Shown one piece after another: positions 1-16,010 of a DNA stretch of 64,000 nt. The stretch comes from Eledone cirrhosa (taxonomy: Eukaryota), in NCBI GenBank assembly GCA_964016885.1, contig OZ024759.1:3162001-3226000 (forward strand), read 5' to 3'. A program made the translations under genes and the position numbers. Each line of letters opens with the position of its first letter. The stretch's first letter is position 1. The notes under the pieces were generated by a model. The model was not told the DNA's origin, did not search any database, and saw only the letters and a list, made by a program, of their open reading frames with translations.

Positions 1-2085
1 TCCATAATGCATCTCTGTTAACAGTATCGAAAGCTTTTGTCAGATCGACAAAAACCTGATACAGATCCAAGCCTTGTTCCATGCACTTCTGGATCTGTCT
101 AGCTGAGAAGATCATATCAGTAGTGCCCCGTCCAGCACGAAAACCAGATTGACTTTCAGGAAGAACACAATCTGCAATGTGTGTCAGCAGACAGTCCAGA
201 AGCACCCTACATAAAACTTTCCCTACGACAGAAAGCAATGATATACCGCTGTAGTTCCCACAATCATTCCTGTTACCCTTTCCCTTGTACAAGACCACCA
301 TTACTGCATCTCTCCAGTCCTCAGGTACGGATTCATTAGCCTATATACTGCCAAACAAAGAGTGAAGATGTTGCAGGAGTCTCTCACCACCATATTGTAG
401 GAGCTCAGCATGTATGCCATCCATACCTGGAGTTCTTCTACTGTTCAGCTTCGAAATAGCCACTGCAACCTCAACAAGCGTCGGAGGTTCTGCGAGAGCT
501 ACTTTCACAGGACTTTCTGGAATGAGATTGAGGAAATCTTCACTGACGACAGACGGCTGATTCAAAAGATCATCAAAGTGCTCTCGCAAACTTCGTAGAA
601 TTCCTTGTGAGTCACGAAGAAGTTCTTTGCCATCCTTGCTGCGAAGCGGTGTCACCAGAGAAGAAGACGGTCCATAAACCTCACGCAAGAGACTGTACAA
701 CAGCTTTGTGTTATTGGAATCTGACGCAGTTTGTATCTCACCAGCCTTCTCACTCCACCACTGATCCTTCATCTGAGAATACTCCGCCTAACACGTGATT
801 TTACATCCTTGAGTTCCTCATGCAACGTATTCCTCTCCTGTGGTTTTGCCGTCAAGTAGCGTGACAGAGCACGCCTCTTATCAGCCAACAAGTCTTCTAT
901 ATGTACATCATTCTCATTAAACCAGTCCTGATGTTTTCTCTGCACCAATCCCAGAACACGCCTGCCTACATCATAAACCGACTTTTTAAGGGTCGGCCAA
1001 TCCTCACCAAGATCTGCAGCCTGCATCTCTTCTTCCAATGTCCTCTTCACATTTTTATCCTTAAGACGAGCAGCATTCAATCTTTTGGGCAAGGCAACAC
1101 CAGGAGCCCGGATTTTACGTTTCGTGATTAGTTTCACTTCTGCGCGTACCAGGCGGTGGTCCGTCCAGCACTCAGCTCCAGGAAGAGCACGAACACACTG
1201 CACATCCTGTCTGTCACGCATCCTGACTAGGACGTAGTTCAAAAGATGCCATTCCTTAGATGCAGGATGCATCTATGTGGTCTTGAATTTGTTCTTTTGT
1301 TGGAACATGGTGTTGGTAACACACAGATCCAGCTCCTCACACATATGCAGCAGGAGCATACCATTCTTGTTACATTTTCCCACCCATGCCTTCCGATTAC
1401 ACCCATGTGTTAAAATCCCTACCCACTCTAGCATTAAAGTCACCAAGCACGATGACTTTGTCTGCCTGAGGGATATTTCTTAAAACACCTTTCAAGGCAT
1501 GGTAAACGGACACTTTTTCTTCATCGACAGAATTCATAGTTGGAGCATACACACTCACCAGGGTCGCATATCTTCCTTTGTCCAGCGGAATTCTCATGGA
1601 CATAAGACGCTCACTAATCCCTACTGGGAATTCTTCTAATTTATTCACAAGTACAGTCTTAACAGCAAATCCTACCCCAGCCTCTCTTCTGGTTCCTTCA
1701 TCTCTTCCTTTCCAGAAGAATGTATATTCTCCACAAAATTCTGTAAGATGACCATCTCCAGCTAACCTCGTCTCAGATAAAGCCACGATGTCAAGATCGT
1801 AACGTCGAAACTCCTTTGAAACAAGAGCGGTCCTTCGTTCAGGACGCTCCAAGGAATCCCTGTCAAGTAGCGTCCGTACGTTCCAGCAACCAAGACTAAA
1901 TGCCTTGATTGGCTCTATTACAATGGCACGATGACGAGCGGGCCCAGGCTGTGATAACCTGGGGTCCCTGCCCTTATTGCCAATTATCTTTTTTGTTCCA
2001 GAACCTAAATTGCCAATTATCTCTTTTATATTGTTCTGGAACATCATTGAATTGAAAAAAAAAAAAAAGTAATAATAATGGTAAC

Positions 2086-2119
<34 letters not shown>

Positions 2120-2430
2120 GTACACTATTAATAATAGTACACTATTAATAATTATTAATGCACTCGTGCAATGCCTGTGCGTGACGAATATTTTTAAAGT
2201 GAGGAAAGACTGTGCACTAAGCCAATCCCACTCTCTGAGCGACAGTAGCTATAACCCGAAAAGAAGAAAAGATCAACATCATCGGTAACTTCTGAGCCGC
2301 AGGTTTTATGTCGGAGTTAACCCAGTTTCCTGAGATGCCTTCTCCTAGAAGAATGCCCTGACAAGGGCTAGGGGTTCTTCACTCCCAGTGGTTTAACTGC
2401 GCGATCGGGCATCCAGCCCGATTATTTCTA
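1..2430 (-). mobile_element. RTE (BovB-like) LINE, decayed, truncated by window start; APE endonuclease, linker and start of RT
   Basis: ORF 1397-2125 contains CWNVRTL...DIVALSETRL...VYAPT...VLGDFNARVG (APE). ORF 769-1272 has CWTDHRLV. ORF 341-772 has PGMDGIHAELLQ. Bases 1-330 on - read W.DA.MVVLYKGKG...NYSGISLLS...FVDLTKAFD (RT). 2160-2400 resembles an RTE 5' UTR. Frameshifts and stops are present. Confidence 0.9.
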
Positions 2431-2714
2431 TGTCCCCGCGCGCAAAAAAAAACTCACTTATTGACACTTATACGTACGACATACACACACGCGCATACAT
2501 ATGCGCGCACACACACGCATACATACGCGCGCACACAGCAACACTCATACATACAAACAAACACACACACGCTACTCACTTACACACACACACATATAAA
2601 TATATATATATATTACCGTCATTACTGATACAAGATTACAAGATTATGTCAACTGTTGACTTTCAAGAGTTTGTATAGTTGAAACCGTTCGTATTACAGT
2701 CCAGTATTATTATA

Positions 2715-2870
2715 ATTGCTTTACAGCATAGAGTTATGGCTCCCCACGCTCTGAGCTTAAATCCCGTCGGGGTCAACCTTGCCTTTCATCCCCACGGAGT
2801 CAACAAAAGAGAGTACCAGTGATTCGCTGGACCAGTCGCTGGATCCGTGCCAAAAGCAGAAAAATTATTA
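2715..2870 (+). mobile_element. tRNA-derived SINE fragment (same family as 14766-14946)
   Basis: GAGCTTAAATCCCGTCGGGGTCAACCTTGCCTTTCATCC...AGTACCAG...GTGCCAAAAGCAGAAA matches the B-box and body of the copy at 14766-14946. Confidence 0.7.
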
Positions 2871-2874
2871 TTAA

Positions 2875-4935
2875 AGTTGTTTTCTTACAAAAACATAATC
2901 TGGTATAATGCTCCTTTCTCCATCTCTATTAATAATAATATTCCTAAATTATTCTTTAGTGCCTTAAATAAATGCTTCCCTCCCTCGCATATCTATAGTA
3001 AAATATTTAACAAACACACTATAAAATTTTCCTATTCGACCTTCTCCAACATCTCCAACATTATCTCTAAACACAACAATAAAATACTAAATACTAAATC
3101 TCTTCCTTCCAACACTGAATATCATAATAATAGTAATAGTACTCCCGACGTCATTGTAAACTCCAGGCTAATTTCTGCAAACCCAAACACGACGTCAAAC
3201 GCAACTTCGCTAAATGTTCTTAATCCCATTCTAAATCAAGAAACTAGTATTCCTATCGTAAATAACTTCTCCAATCCGATTCCTTCTATAGATAACACTA
3301 GGTCACTTGTTAATAACTCTGCTAATCTCTCTAATCGCAATTGCAATTGCCCTGTTAAAAATAAATGTCCTCTCAACAACCATTGTCTTGAAAAAAACTT
3401 AATCTACGAATGTAAAGTTATAACTGACACCAATTCCTTTTCCTATTATGGCTCCACTTCCACCTCCTTTAAAGCTCGTCTTTATAATCATCATTCGTCT
3501 TTTAAATACCAACTTTTAAAGAACCAACACGGCACTCTCAGAACTCATATGGTCCTTGAAAGACAAAAATATTAACTATAACATCTCTTGGAAAAAGGTT
3601 TGTTCTGCATACTTGAACAGTTCTCTATCCAAGACATGCAATCTCTGTTTAAGTGAAAAATTTACCATTATTTCTAATTTAGAGTCTATAATAAATAGAC
3701 GCACTGACTTGTTTTCTCTCTGCTTGCATAAATTCCACAGAACATTCCGTAAAGTATACAGCTAATATCTAATACTTTATCAATTTAAAATCCTTTTCTC
3801 AAAGGCACATATATATTTATATACATATATATTTCTTTAAAAATATACCCATCTTTCTACCTTATTTCAAAGTTATTTATTATACATTATATAATACTAT
3901 TTACTCATTCTATATTACTCCTATTTATCACTTCCCTTTCTTTCTTTTTTCCTTTTCTTTTCTTTTTTCTTTTTCTTTTTCTTTTAATTTCTAACCCCTA
4001 ATCTGTACCTTTCTTCCTAGATACTTCTCAATTATCATTGTGCCTAACGTAGAAACAATTATTACACAGCACAATATATTCTTACTTTATATCACCTTGA
4101 AAAAAATCCTTCGTAAACAGAAACATTTTTTTTTAAGTTAGATTATTCATCCTCAATTCATTATTTTTTTCTCCCTTTCATGCTCATCTAACTTATTCAT
4201 CCAATCTTCTACTTCTTTCACAATATATCTTTACTTACATTACTATTGCTATATTTTTATATTTTTTTTAATAATACATATCAACAATTTCTTTCCATCG
4301 CACATATTATTAAACACTTAAATATTATTCTTAATACATATTAACAATTTCTTTTCATCGCACATGTTATTAAACCCTTCAATATACAAACCTTAACTTA
4401 ACATTATTTTTCTCTTCGTTAATTTTCAAATTCTTTTAACTTATATATTATCTTCCAACGGTTTTTCAACCTCTCTATGTAAAACAATATATTTTTTCTC
4501 AGTTACAAAAGCTATCTCTCTCTCTCTATCAGCCATCTCTCCTCCTATCTCATCCTTCCTCATTATACTCCTCCCCCTCCACTTTTTACTCTCATCTCCT
4601 CCTTTTCATCCTTTCCACCCCCACCCCCACCCCTCAAATTTTTTCCCAATATCACACATCAATCTAAAACTACTTTTCATATGTTGATTTAAAACTGCAC
4701 TATTCATTAGTGTGTTTTAACCTTCATATCATGTCTCCCTATTTTATCTGACGAAAACACAAATGTTATTGTATGATGATATTTGTTTTTGAAATGCGCA
4801 TAATAAAATACATGGAACTCTTTTAACCATCTTTTGATCTTATATATTATTTATACTCCAGTCCTACAAACTGTAGAGTGCTTCTTATCCGATATCTGCA
4901 TTGCTTTATTGTACTACAATAAAACTCACCTCCTA
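2875..4935 (+). mobile_element. Penelope-like element (Naiad-like), 5'-truncated: linker, GIY-YIG endonuclease (frameshifted) and 3' UTR with HHR
   Basis: ORFs 2847-3575 and 3556-3765 contain IIWYNAPF, CNCPVKNKCPLNNHC, LIY...YYGST..SFKARLYNH, CNLCLSEK and LCLHK. Ends at (TA)n near 4935. Confidence 0.88.
4740..4810 (+). ncRNA. Type-I hammerhead ribozyme, intact core
   Basis: Stem I TATTTTAT/ATAAAATA; CTGACGA at 4748-4754; long stem II; GAAA at 4791-4794; palindromic stem III TGCGCA; AUA cleavage triplet. Confidence 0.85.
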
Positions 4936-5199
4936 CATATATACATATATATATATATACATATATATATGTATACATATATATATATTTATATATAAGT
5001 ATGTACACGTACATACATATATGTATACAGACGTACAGTAGTATGTATATTTATATACATACATGCACACATATATATATGTACGTATGGATTCACCGAA
5101 CATTTATTATAATGCTCGGTGTGTTTGTAAACAAACATCCCGTATTAAGCCGTAGTGTCTAGCAATCATCGTTGCTCGTTTGTTCAACACTGACAAAGA

Positions 5200-5242
5200 A
5201 CGCTGTACTAGTTTCAAGCTTATTAGCTATCGTCAACAACGT
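5200..5242 (-). ncRNA. Minimal hammerhead ribozyme variant (TTGACGA core) in an orphan PLE-end-like fragment (about 5085-5410)
   Basis: Minus strand reads ACGTTG-TTGACGA-T-AGCT-AATA-AGCT-T-GAAA-CTAG-TA-CAGCGT: stem I 6 bp, palindromic stem III, GUA triplet, C3U change. Confidence 0.65.
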
Positions 5243-5484
5243 ATACCTTCCTGCCGGATTGTTGAACGTATATACTTACCTTATACATATTAACGGCTGA
5301 GTAGCCCAATTTGCATATCGAGTGGGTTAATCGGCCGGGTACACCGAAAACGATAAACGGAAAAAATGAAACGAAATTTCATTTCCCACTCTTAGTACGG
5401 CTCTTACTTAAATATAAGTATGTACACGTACATACATATATGTATACAGACGTAGAGTAGTATGTATATTTATATACATACATA

Positions 5485-7801
<2,317 letters not shown>

Positions 7802-7869
7802 GGTAGCTATGATGCTTCCGTAGACGGTATGCCAGTTGAGCACTCTATGTTCTTACAGAGCAGAGTGTG

Positions 7870-10800
7870 ATATAATATAAAACGAAAAATCAGTGATGCA
7901 TCTGGTGTTACAATTCGCTATGGAAAATTTCAATTACTCTTCCTTCCTAAAGGACATCCCGATTCCGTCTGACAGCACGTACATGGGCTTACTGATACAC
8001 CACAACAACTCTTTCGTTAGACGCATGAGATGGCGTACATTTCACCACGACAGAAGGACACAACACGCACCCGATATCCCCCAGGACCGCCTAAAGCAGA
8101 TCTTTAGATCTAGACGACACCCGCCACATAACGCACAGCTAGAAGAATTTGAGAATCGTATCATCAACATCGTCCGTAACATGAAGTTCCGTTGGAATAG
8201 TACACGACATACAAAATACCTCAGGAGTGTCAGCTCCACAATCAAAAGCATGGAAGAATGCCAGGGTTTACTTGTGCCCTCGGATAAAACTGGTAATGTA
8301 TACATGCTTGACCGTTTTACATACACCGAATGCATCGGGAAAGAGATTAGGAAAAATTACAGCACAACAGGACAAGATAACTTAGATAACATTAACGCCA
8401 CGACCAAAAAAATAATGACGGGGCTAGGATTATATGTACCTAGAAAACCTCGGATATCTATTAAGGACCATAAATTAGACTGTAGAACTAACCTACCGGT
8501 TAGGTTAATAGCACCCTCCAAATCTGACATAGATAGGACCAGCAAGAATATCATAGACAGGTACTACTAGTGCTTAGAAACAAAAATAGGCTTAGCTTAT
8601 GGACCTCCACTAGGGAGGTAATTGACTGGTTCTCGTTAATAGGTAACAAGCAGCAAATAAATTTTATTCAATTAGACATAGATAATTACTACGCGTCAGT
8701 ATCTCCTGTAACAGTGAACAAGGCCCTCATGAGCGCCATGGCCAAGTCCAACCTCACTAGGAGGCTAACCTCATAGTAGCAGCTAGAAAGACGCTAATTA
8801 GATTCGAAGACCAGTTATGGGAGAGGAGGGACAGACCCGACAGTTTCGATATCACCATGGGGTCGAGCGACTCGGCGCAGGTGATTGATCTGGTGGGGAT
8901 CTATCTCATCCATGGGTTAAAAGAGATCCCGGGGATCGGCGGAGGAATATACAGAGACGACGCACTTTTCACCTTCCGTTCCCTAAACCCCACCCAGATG
9001 GAGCGTATGAGGAAGCGCATATCGCATTTTTTTAAGCAACACGACTTATCCGTGACGATAGATCCTAGCACTAAGACGGTGAATTTCCTGGACGCTACCC
9101 TGGAAATGAATCCACCGACCTCATAACAGGCCCAATGAGAACCTGCAATATGTGAACAGGCAATCGAACCACCCCAGGTCAGTCATAGAAGCAATAGTTA
9201 AAGGGGTATCAAAATGCTTATCCACCCTGTCGGCCAACGCAGACGTGTTTAAAGAGCACGCCGAATATTATAATGAGGCACTGTGCAGGGCCGGTTACAC
9301 AGACACCGTAGTGTATACCCCAGACAGGGAAGAGCCATGCGCCGAGGCATGCGGATACGGCAATAGCGAGGGCACTTCCATAGGTAGAAGAAATGACCCG
9401 GTACTAGTCTCTAAGAACACGAGTAGCAACACAGTTCACCTTAATGACACAGGACCGACAGTAGGACGGACAAAGGCACGCATGGGAGCTAGACCACCAA
9501 GTACACGTAAGCATAGGCCTGGCACGCACACTGCATGCTTCGCGATAACTGGGACTAGGGACAGGGTAACGACAAGTACGGCCGTGGCACCCACTAGAGA
9601 GAACACCTGGCCTGGTAGTAGTAATATAGCCCAGACAGCAGCACCACATAGATTTAAAGTGACTAACAGTAGAGCCGACAATATAGAACTAAATACCTTA
9701 GTAAGTATAACCTTGACGCCCACAGCAGGCACACAGATAGAGACAACACAGGAGACGTAATTATGGGCGGGCAAAACCCGAGATGGACATCAGACCCAGG
9801 GTACACTCACACGACTACACACACACACGAAAGAACAAGACTAGATCTAAGGCCGTTACATAGTTTAATGCGCCATACTCTAAGCATGTACGCAGCAACG
9901 TGCCAGGGCTTTTTTTCCAAGCGTTAGACGAGTGCTTCCCGCCGTCGAACAAATACCACAAGATTTTCCACCGCCACACGGTGAAGTTTTGCTTCTCCAC
10001 AGCACCTAGCATGGCCGACTACATGGCTAAAACCAACACGGTAAAGATGGGGAACATCGACCGTCAACCACGGCGGCAGAATGACCGTCTATCGGAGCGT
10101 GAAGGACTCTTCCGGGTCCGGCCTTCAAATAACAACCCGGTTCCCCGAGACGGCCGACACGCCCGCGGAAGGCGATACAATCCAACGCCAGGAGGGAACG
10201 AGTGGCGTGGGGGAGATTACCGTGCCGTCGGAACAACACCCTAAGAATCGTGAGAGGGCCATAGCAGATCGAGGGCCAGGCGTCCGAAGCGAACAAAGTA
10301 ACAACAGAACATGTAACTGCAGAGCGGGCACCCAGTGCCCCCTACAGGGAAAATTCCTGACGAAGGGCCTGGTATACAAATGTGTGGTTAGCATCCACAA
10401 TGTAAAGCACACCTACATCGGCGCAACATCCACGACCTTTAAATCGCGGATGTATAACCACACGAACTCCTTCAAGGACCGAAGCAAGAGGCACTCCACT
10501 AGGCTAGCGGACCTGGTGTGGGACCTGAAAGACCAAGGCACCCCGTACTGGAGTATCGTTCGGCACGCGAATGCATACTCGGCTGGAAGTAGAAAGTGTA
10601 GCCTATGCCTAGACGAGGCCATGGAGATAGTCAGACTGAAGGATGACGCGGTCAACCTGAAATCTGAAATTATCCTGACCTGCAGACACCAGAGAAGGTG
10701 CACATTCTCCGCATGGAATCCTCCGGGAAGCCCAGGCTAAGGGCATACGGCGGAGCACGCACTGACCAGAGTGACGAAACGGGTTCAAGGGACAAGACAC

Positions 10801-11369
10801 CATACCCTGATGACATTATATGCCCCGTGGGGTAAACCAAAATAACCCAAAATGCATACCCGACTCTGCACGTCACCCTAGGCAGGAACATCGCCTGAGC
10901 CGGGACAGGTTAACCCGGATTCCACGGTCGTTCAGTCAAGTACCTTACACCTATAGGACAACACACAATATGATCGGGCTACGTGCCCCCATGCATGTGT
11001 ACCTCTTCCATCGTGAATATATACTCTCCACGTGTTCCACTTTGGAACACATATTGTTTGTTCCGTACATAGACCTAAGTGTGCATCTCATGCTCCCCAT
11101 GTGTGGTATATCACACGCATATACGTACTTTCTCCTTTCTCCTCTCTTTTTTTATATATCTCTATGTGACATTATATGCATATTTTAATATATTTTATAT
11201 TTATTTTATTGTTTTTATATGTGTGTATATGTGTAGGCGTGTGTGTATGTTTATGTATATGTGTGTGTATTTAGATATATAGATATATATGTATATGTTA
11301 CGCGAATGTGTATGGATGTATTGTATATTTATTTTATTGTTTTCATATGTGTGTATATGTGTAAGCGTA

Positions 11370-11400
<31 letters not shown>
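7870..11400 (+). mobile_element. Near full-length Penelope-like element (Naiad-like); RT plus GIY-YIG pseudogene at 7920-10740
   Basis: MENFNYSSFLKDIPIPS N-terminus, PSDKTGNVY, IKDHK, IQLDIDNYY, MGSSDSAQVIDLVG, GIYRDDAL, VNFLDATL, SNHP, CNCRAGTQCPLQGK, YIGAT, CSLCLDE, TCRH. Several stops and frameshifts. Confidence 0.92.
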
Positions 11401-11402
<2 letters not shown>

Positions 11403-12351
11403 GTATTGAAATTTCTGTTGAAAACAGAAAAAGGTCATAGAAGTGAAGAGTGCTCTATGTAAGTATCAGAGCAAAATTTAATGTATAAAAATCAATACAA
11501 TATAATTACCTCATTACCAGAGGTTTCCCGAATGAGGCGAATACGAAAGAAGCGTCTTCATTCGTTCGTCAGATGAGGCAATATAAAACATGGGTAAATA
11601 CTTGGAAAGTCTCGTCAAGAAAATCAAAAAAAAAAATATATATATATATATAGACAAATGAATTAGAATATGAAATATATAATAATCTTTCAAGAAATAT
11701 AGTTAGGTGTGTGTATATGTATGTATATACGCTCACAGATGTGCATATATGTGTATGCACATATGTATACGTATAGTGAAAAAGTGTGCGTAAATATAAA
11801 ATTTAGGGCAAATGTATCTGTATGTCTGTAATCTACAGACAGAATAGATACATCATAAGAATATGAATATGAAGGCGCGCGCATAAACACACCTACACAC
11901 GTACACTTAGATGCGGAAGTAAAAGAGGTAAGGGAGTGTAATAATTAAAGGAAAGTATCAATCTCGATATATTTATAAAACTGGTACAATAATTTAGAAA
12001 GAAAAAATTTAGAAAGAAAAAATTAAAGAAAAGAAGACCAAAAAGGTTACATACATACACAGACACGCATATCTCACAAAAGAAACGCAAAAATATACAT
12101 GCTTATATACACACGCACACTTACACATCCATACGTTCGATACGTACACACACATACACAGACACACATACTTACACTCACGCATATTGACTTGTTTGCA
12201 TGCACACGCTTAAAAATGAGTAAGTAAAAAGGGGGGGGGGAGAAAAAAGAAACAAAACATAAAACCTAGATGTCAAAAGACGGATATAAAGACACATACA
12301 CATACGCATACACATATACATACACATTCATACATATATATACATATATAT

Positions 12352-12409
<58 letters not shown>

Positions 12410-14443
12410 GCACGCGCGCGCACATACGTAGTCGCTCATGTACATATATAGAAAGTATACACAGATTAAGGCGTTCAGCCATATTGATACAGGGTGTAAA
12501 AAAAACTTGTGGATAAGTAAGTACAAATATAAAATTGTAAGATTGGCTGCGCAAAAATAAAAAAATAAAAATAAAAATGAAAAATATATCTGAATTGGAA
12601 AACACAAATGACAATTGTAATCAGTTAGTGAAGGAAAAAGGGAAGTAAAAAAAGAGGAAGTAAAAAATGGAAAGTGAATCGGAGAATAAAAGGGGGGGGG
12701 GGGTTTATTGGTGGATGTGAAGTAAAAATAAAAATAAAAATAAAAATAAAAATAAAAATAAAAATAAATGAAATTAATGACAAGGGTAAAAATGAAAGTA
12801 AGTCAGAAAGGGTAATTAAAAAGAGAATAATAAGAGTTTATGGAGGATAAGTATCTGAAAGTGTGTTAAGTTTATATGAGCTGGAAAGCAGGTGTGATTT
12901 CATGTGTGGGCAACTGGTGAAAATTTCCGTCTTTGTGTTCAGGCAGGTCTTTGGTGATTTTAGATTTTGCAATATCCAATATTTTTCATTTATGCAGAGC
13001 GTGCATTTTCTTGTTCCTCTAGCATATTCTTTAGATTGGTTCAAAATTGACCAATCTAATTTATATTGGATGCCTTGGTCTTTCAAATTCCAAATTCTGC
13101 TAGCCAGAGCTGTTGTAAATCTTTTTTCTGGATGTCGAAAGGATGCGACATGTGAGTAATAACGCGTTTTGAATTTGTCTTGCGTCATACCCACATATCG
13201 TTCACTGGTGGCTGGATGGTTGTTGCTGATGGTTGTCACTTTAGCCGCATATACAATGGCTTTGGTGTTGCATTTACCTTGTAATGGGCATTCACTTTTG
13301 ATTCTACAGGAGCAAGTTTGATTTTCTCTAGGTGATATTTTGTTGAGGATATAGGACTTAATAGGGGGACCGCAGGAATAGCTAATTTTGACACAGTTTC
13401 TGTTAAAGATCTTATAGTATCTATGTGTTCTAGTGAAATGTTTATCTAGGAGCTCAAGGAATGTTTTGCCTACATTAGTTTTAACTGCTAGAGAGTAGGG
13501 GGGTGTGAACCAGATTATTTTTCTTTTCCTGTTCTTATGTTTAATAGAGTTAGTAGAGTTGGGTATGTATTTAATCGGTTCGCTAAAACCGCTATTTTGG
13601 AGGGCTTTATTATAGTAGGGGGATGCCTTATTAAAAATAGCTTCTGAGGAAGAGAGGGTGCAGATCCTACGGCTAATATTAGGGATAAGATTTTTAAAAA
13701 CTATAGGTGGATGGCAAGATCCTTTATTTATATATTTTAAGTTTTCATTAGGTTTATGGTATGGTTTATATATCTAGGAAATCTACGTTGGAAAGGTTAG
13801 TGTCAATAGTAATTTTAAGATTAAAACTAGCGAAGGTTTTTATTAAGTCTTTCCTTAATCTATCTAAGTTATGGCCTATGGTGGTATGGGAAAGTATTAG
13901 ACAATCGTCGCGATAAAGCCCAAAAATATGGTTAGGAAATTTTTCTTTAAGTGTATGTAGGAGGAATAGGCCGACCAGATCACAAACATCAGCACTGTCG
14001 TAAGAGCCCATTGAGACATCGAATGGGTTCTCTGGGTTAGATATTTTTACCCAAGTGTCATTATCATTAAAAAGTAGAGTGTTCCTAGCATGCAAGATGA
14101 CATTCTCTTCAATATCGGAGATATTAGTAAACCCTCTAGCGAAATTTAAAGCTTTCGCTAAAAGAGTCTGAGTGATAGATGGGTAGAAATCTACAATGTC
14201 AAATTGGGTGAATCTAGAACTATTTTTGTTTTTAATATTATTAAACCAATGTACTACGGAAGAGCTATTTATCCATTGGAGTAATTTAGACTTACTTCTA
14301 ATGTGTGTATTTAATTTATTTAAAATTTTTTTGCTGGCAAGACCAATATCAGTCTTAGCAGGGTTGATGAATCTACAACTAGGACGATTAATAAAGTCGG
14401 GTTTATGATCTTTAAGGGTGATATACGCAGAACGTTTAGCAAG
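11401..14443 (-). mobile_element. Penelope-like element (Naiad-like), 5'-truncated; RT plus GIY-YIG at 14443-12838, 3' UTR with HHR
   Basis: MGSYDSADVCDLVG, GLYRDDCL and VDFLDI (13766-14095). After a small deletion the frame is open from about 13770 to 12838: YHKPN...SCHPP...IIWFTPPY...CSCRIKSECPLQGKC...YVGMT...CTLCINEK...SCPH. Confidence 0.92.
11505..11582 (-). ncRNA. Type-I hammerhead ribozyme, intact core
   Basis: Minus strand: ATTGCCTCAT-CTGACGA-(stem II CGAATGA/TCATTCG)-GAAA-CC-TCT-GG-TA-ATGAGGTAAT; 10-bp stem I, GUA triplet. Confidence 0.88.
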
Positions 14444-14650
14444 TATATATATATATATATATGTAGATAAATCTAATAAAAGTTTACGGTAGTGTCCAAT
14501 CCGTATGAAGAACTCAATGTAATCCGGATATCATGGAAAGAAGAGATCACTTTCGGTGAAAGATAAACGGAATACAGAGTCAAGATAAAATATTAAAAAA
14601 ATAATGAATAAAACAATGAAACAGTTCCTTATATTAAACAAAAAAAGTTC

Positions 14651-14765
14651 ATTATTTAACGATCGTTTCTAGGACATATATTCAAAAGATCTATGTACAA
14701 AATTATACAAACTATCAAAGAGAATATACATACCAACACATATATATGCTGTCTTCAGAAATAAT
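14651..14765 (-). ncRNA. Hammerhead ribozyme of the 14.5-21.5 kb PLE 3' arm; stem I hit by a SINE insertion, stem II partly deleted
   Basis: Minus strand ATTATTT-CTGAAGA...GAAA-CGATCG-TT-AAATAAT. Confidence 0.75.
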
Positions 14766-14946
14766 TGTTTCTACTTTAGGCACAAGGCCAGCAATTATTC
14801 AGTGCATTACTGGTACTTTATTTTATCGACCCCGTAAGGATGAAAGGCAAAGTCAACCTCGGCGGGATTTGAACTCAGATCGTAAAGGGATGTAACTATG
14901 CTGGAAAGCATGGCGTCCGACCCTCTACCGATACTGCCAATCCACC
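14766..14946 (-). mobile_element. tRNA-derived SINE with 18-bp TSD
   Basis: A-box-like TGGCAGTATCGG and B-box GAGTTCAAATCC on -. TSD GCTGTCTTCAGAAATAAT at 14748-14765 and 14947-14964. Absent from the inverted arm at about 21350. Confidence 0.88.
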
Positions 14947-15326
14947 GCTGTCTTCAGAAATAATGAAGTATATTTATTGATAATAACAACAATTCAAAAT
15001 TACAGGTCTGTTTGGGAACAGATTTTAAATAGACCAATGAAATACATAAAAATTCATCAAGAAAATACAGTTAGGTGTATGTATATATGCAAGTAACTTC
15101 GTTCACAGATATGCATAAAAATGTATGTTCACATGCATACGCATGTCGAAAAAGTGTATGTAAATATAAAAATTCAGGGCTAATGTCTCTGTATGTTTAT
15201 AATCCACAGACAAAATATACATACACATACATACATATATACACACATATATACACACATATACATACATTCATACACACACACGCATATATACATAAAC
15301 ACACACATACCCACGAACACACACAC

Positions 15327-15361
<35 letters not shown>

Positions 15362-15588
15362 TACGTATATATTATTATTATAACTATATGGATATTGAGG
15401 CGCACACATAAACACGGCCACATATACTTACATCTAGATGCAGAATTAAAAGTAGGTAAGGGAGTAAGTAATTAAGGAGGGTGTCAGACTCAGCATATTT
15501 ATAAAAATGTATCTATAAATTTAGAAATAAAAAGAAATATAATAAAAGAAATAAACAAGTAAAACATATACTCATACATATAAATACA

Positions 15589-15662
<74 letters not shown>

Positions 15663-15948
15663 CACACACATATATATATACACACATACTCACAACACAC
15701 ATATATACATATATGTACACACACATACACACATACATACACATACATATATATATACATATATATATACACACATATATATACACACATATATATACAC
15801 ACACACACATACATATATGTATAAATACATACACACACGTACCCATGTATATATACACACAACCACACACACTCAGACATACATAAATATAGAGACATAC
15901 ATACACACATCTCTACAAATACATATACATACACATACATACATACAC

Positions 15949-16010
<62 letters not shown>

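Noticed and set aside
10762-10840. CTGACCA...GAAAC and CTGATGA after the PLE stop codon
   Set aside because: Neither has the complete core, GAAA placement and stems needed for a hammerhead.
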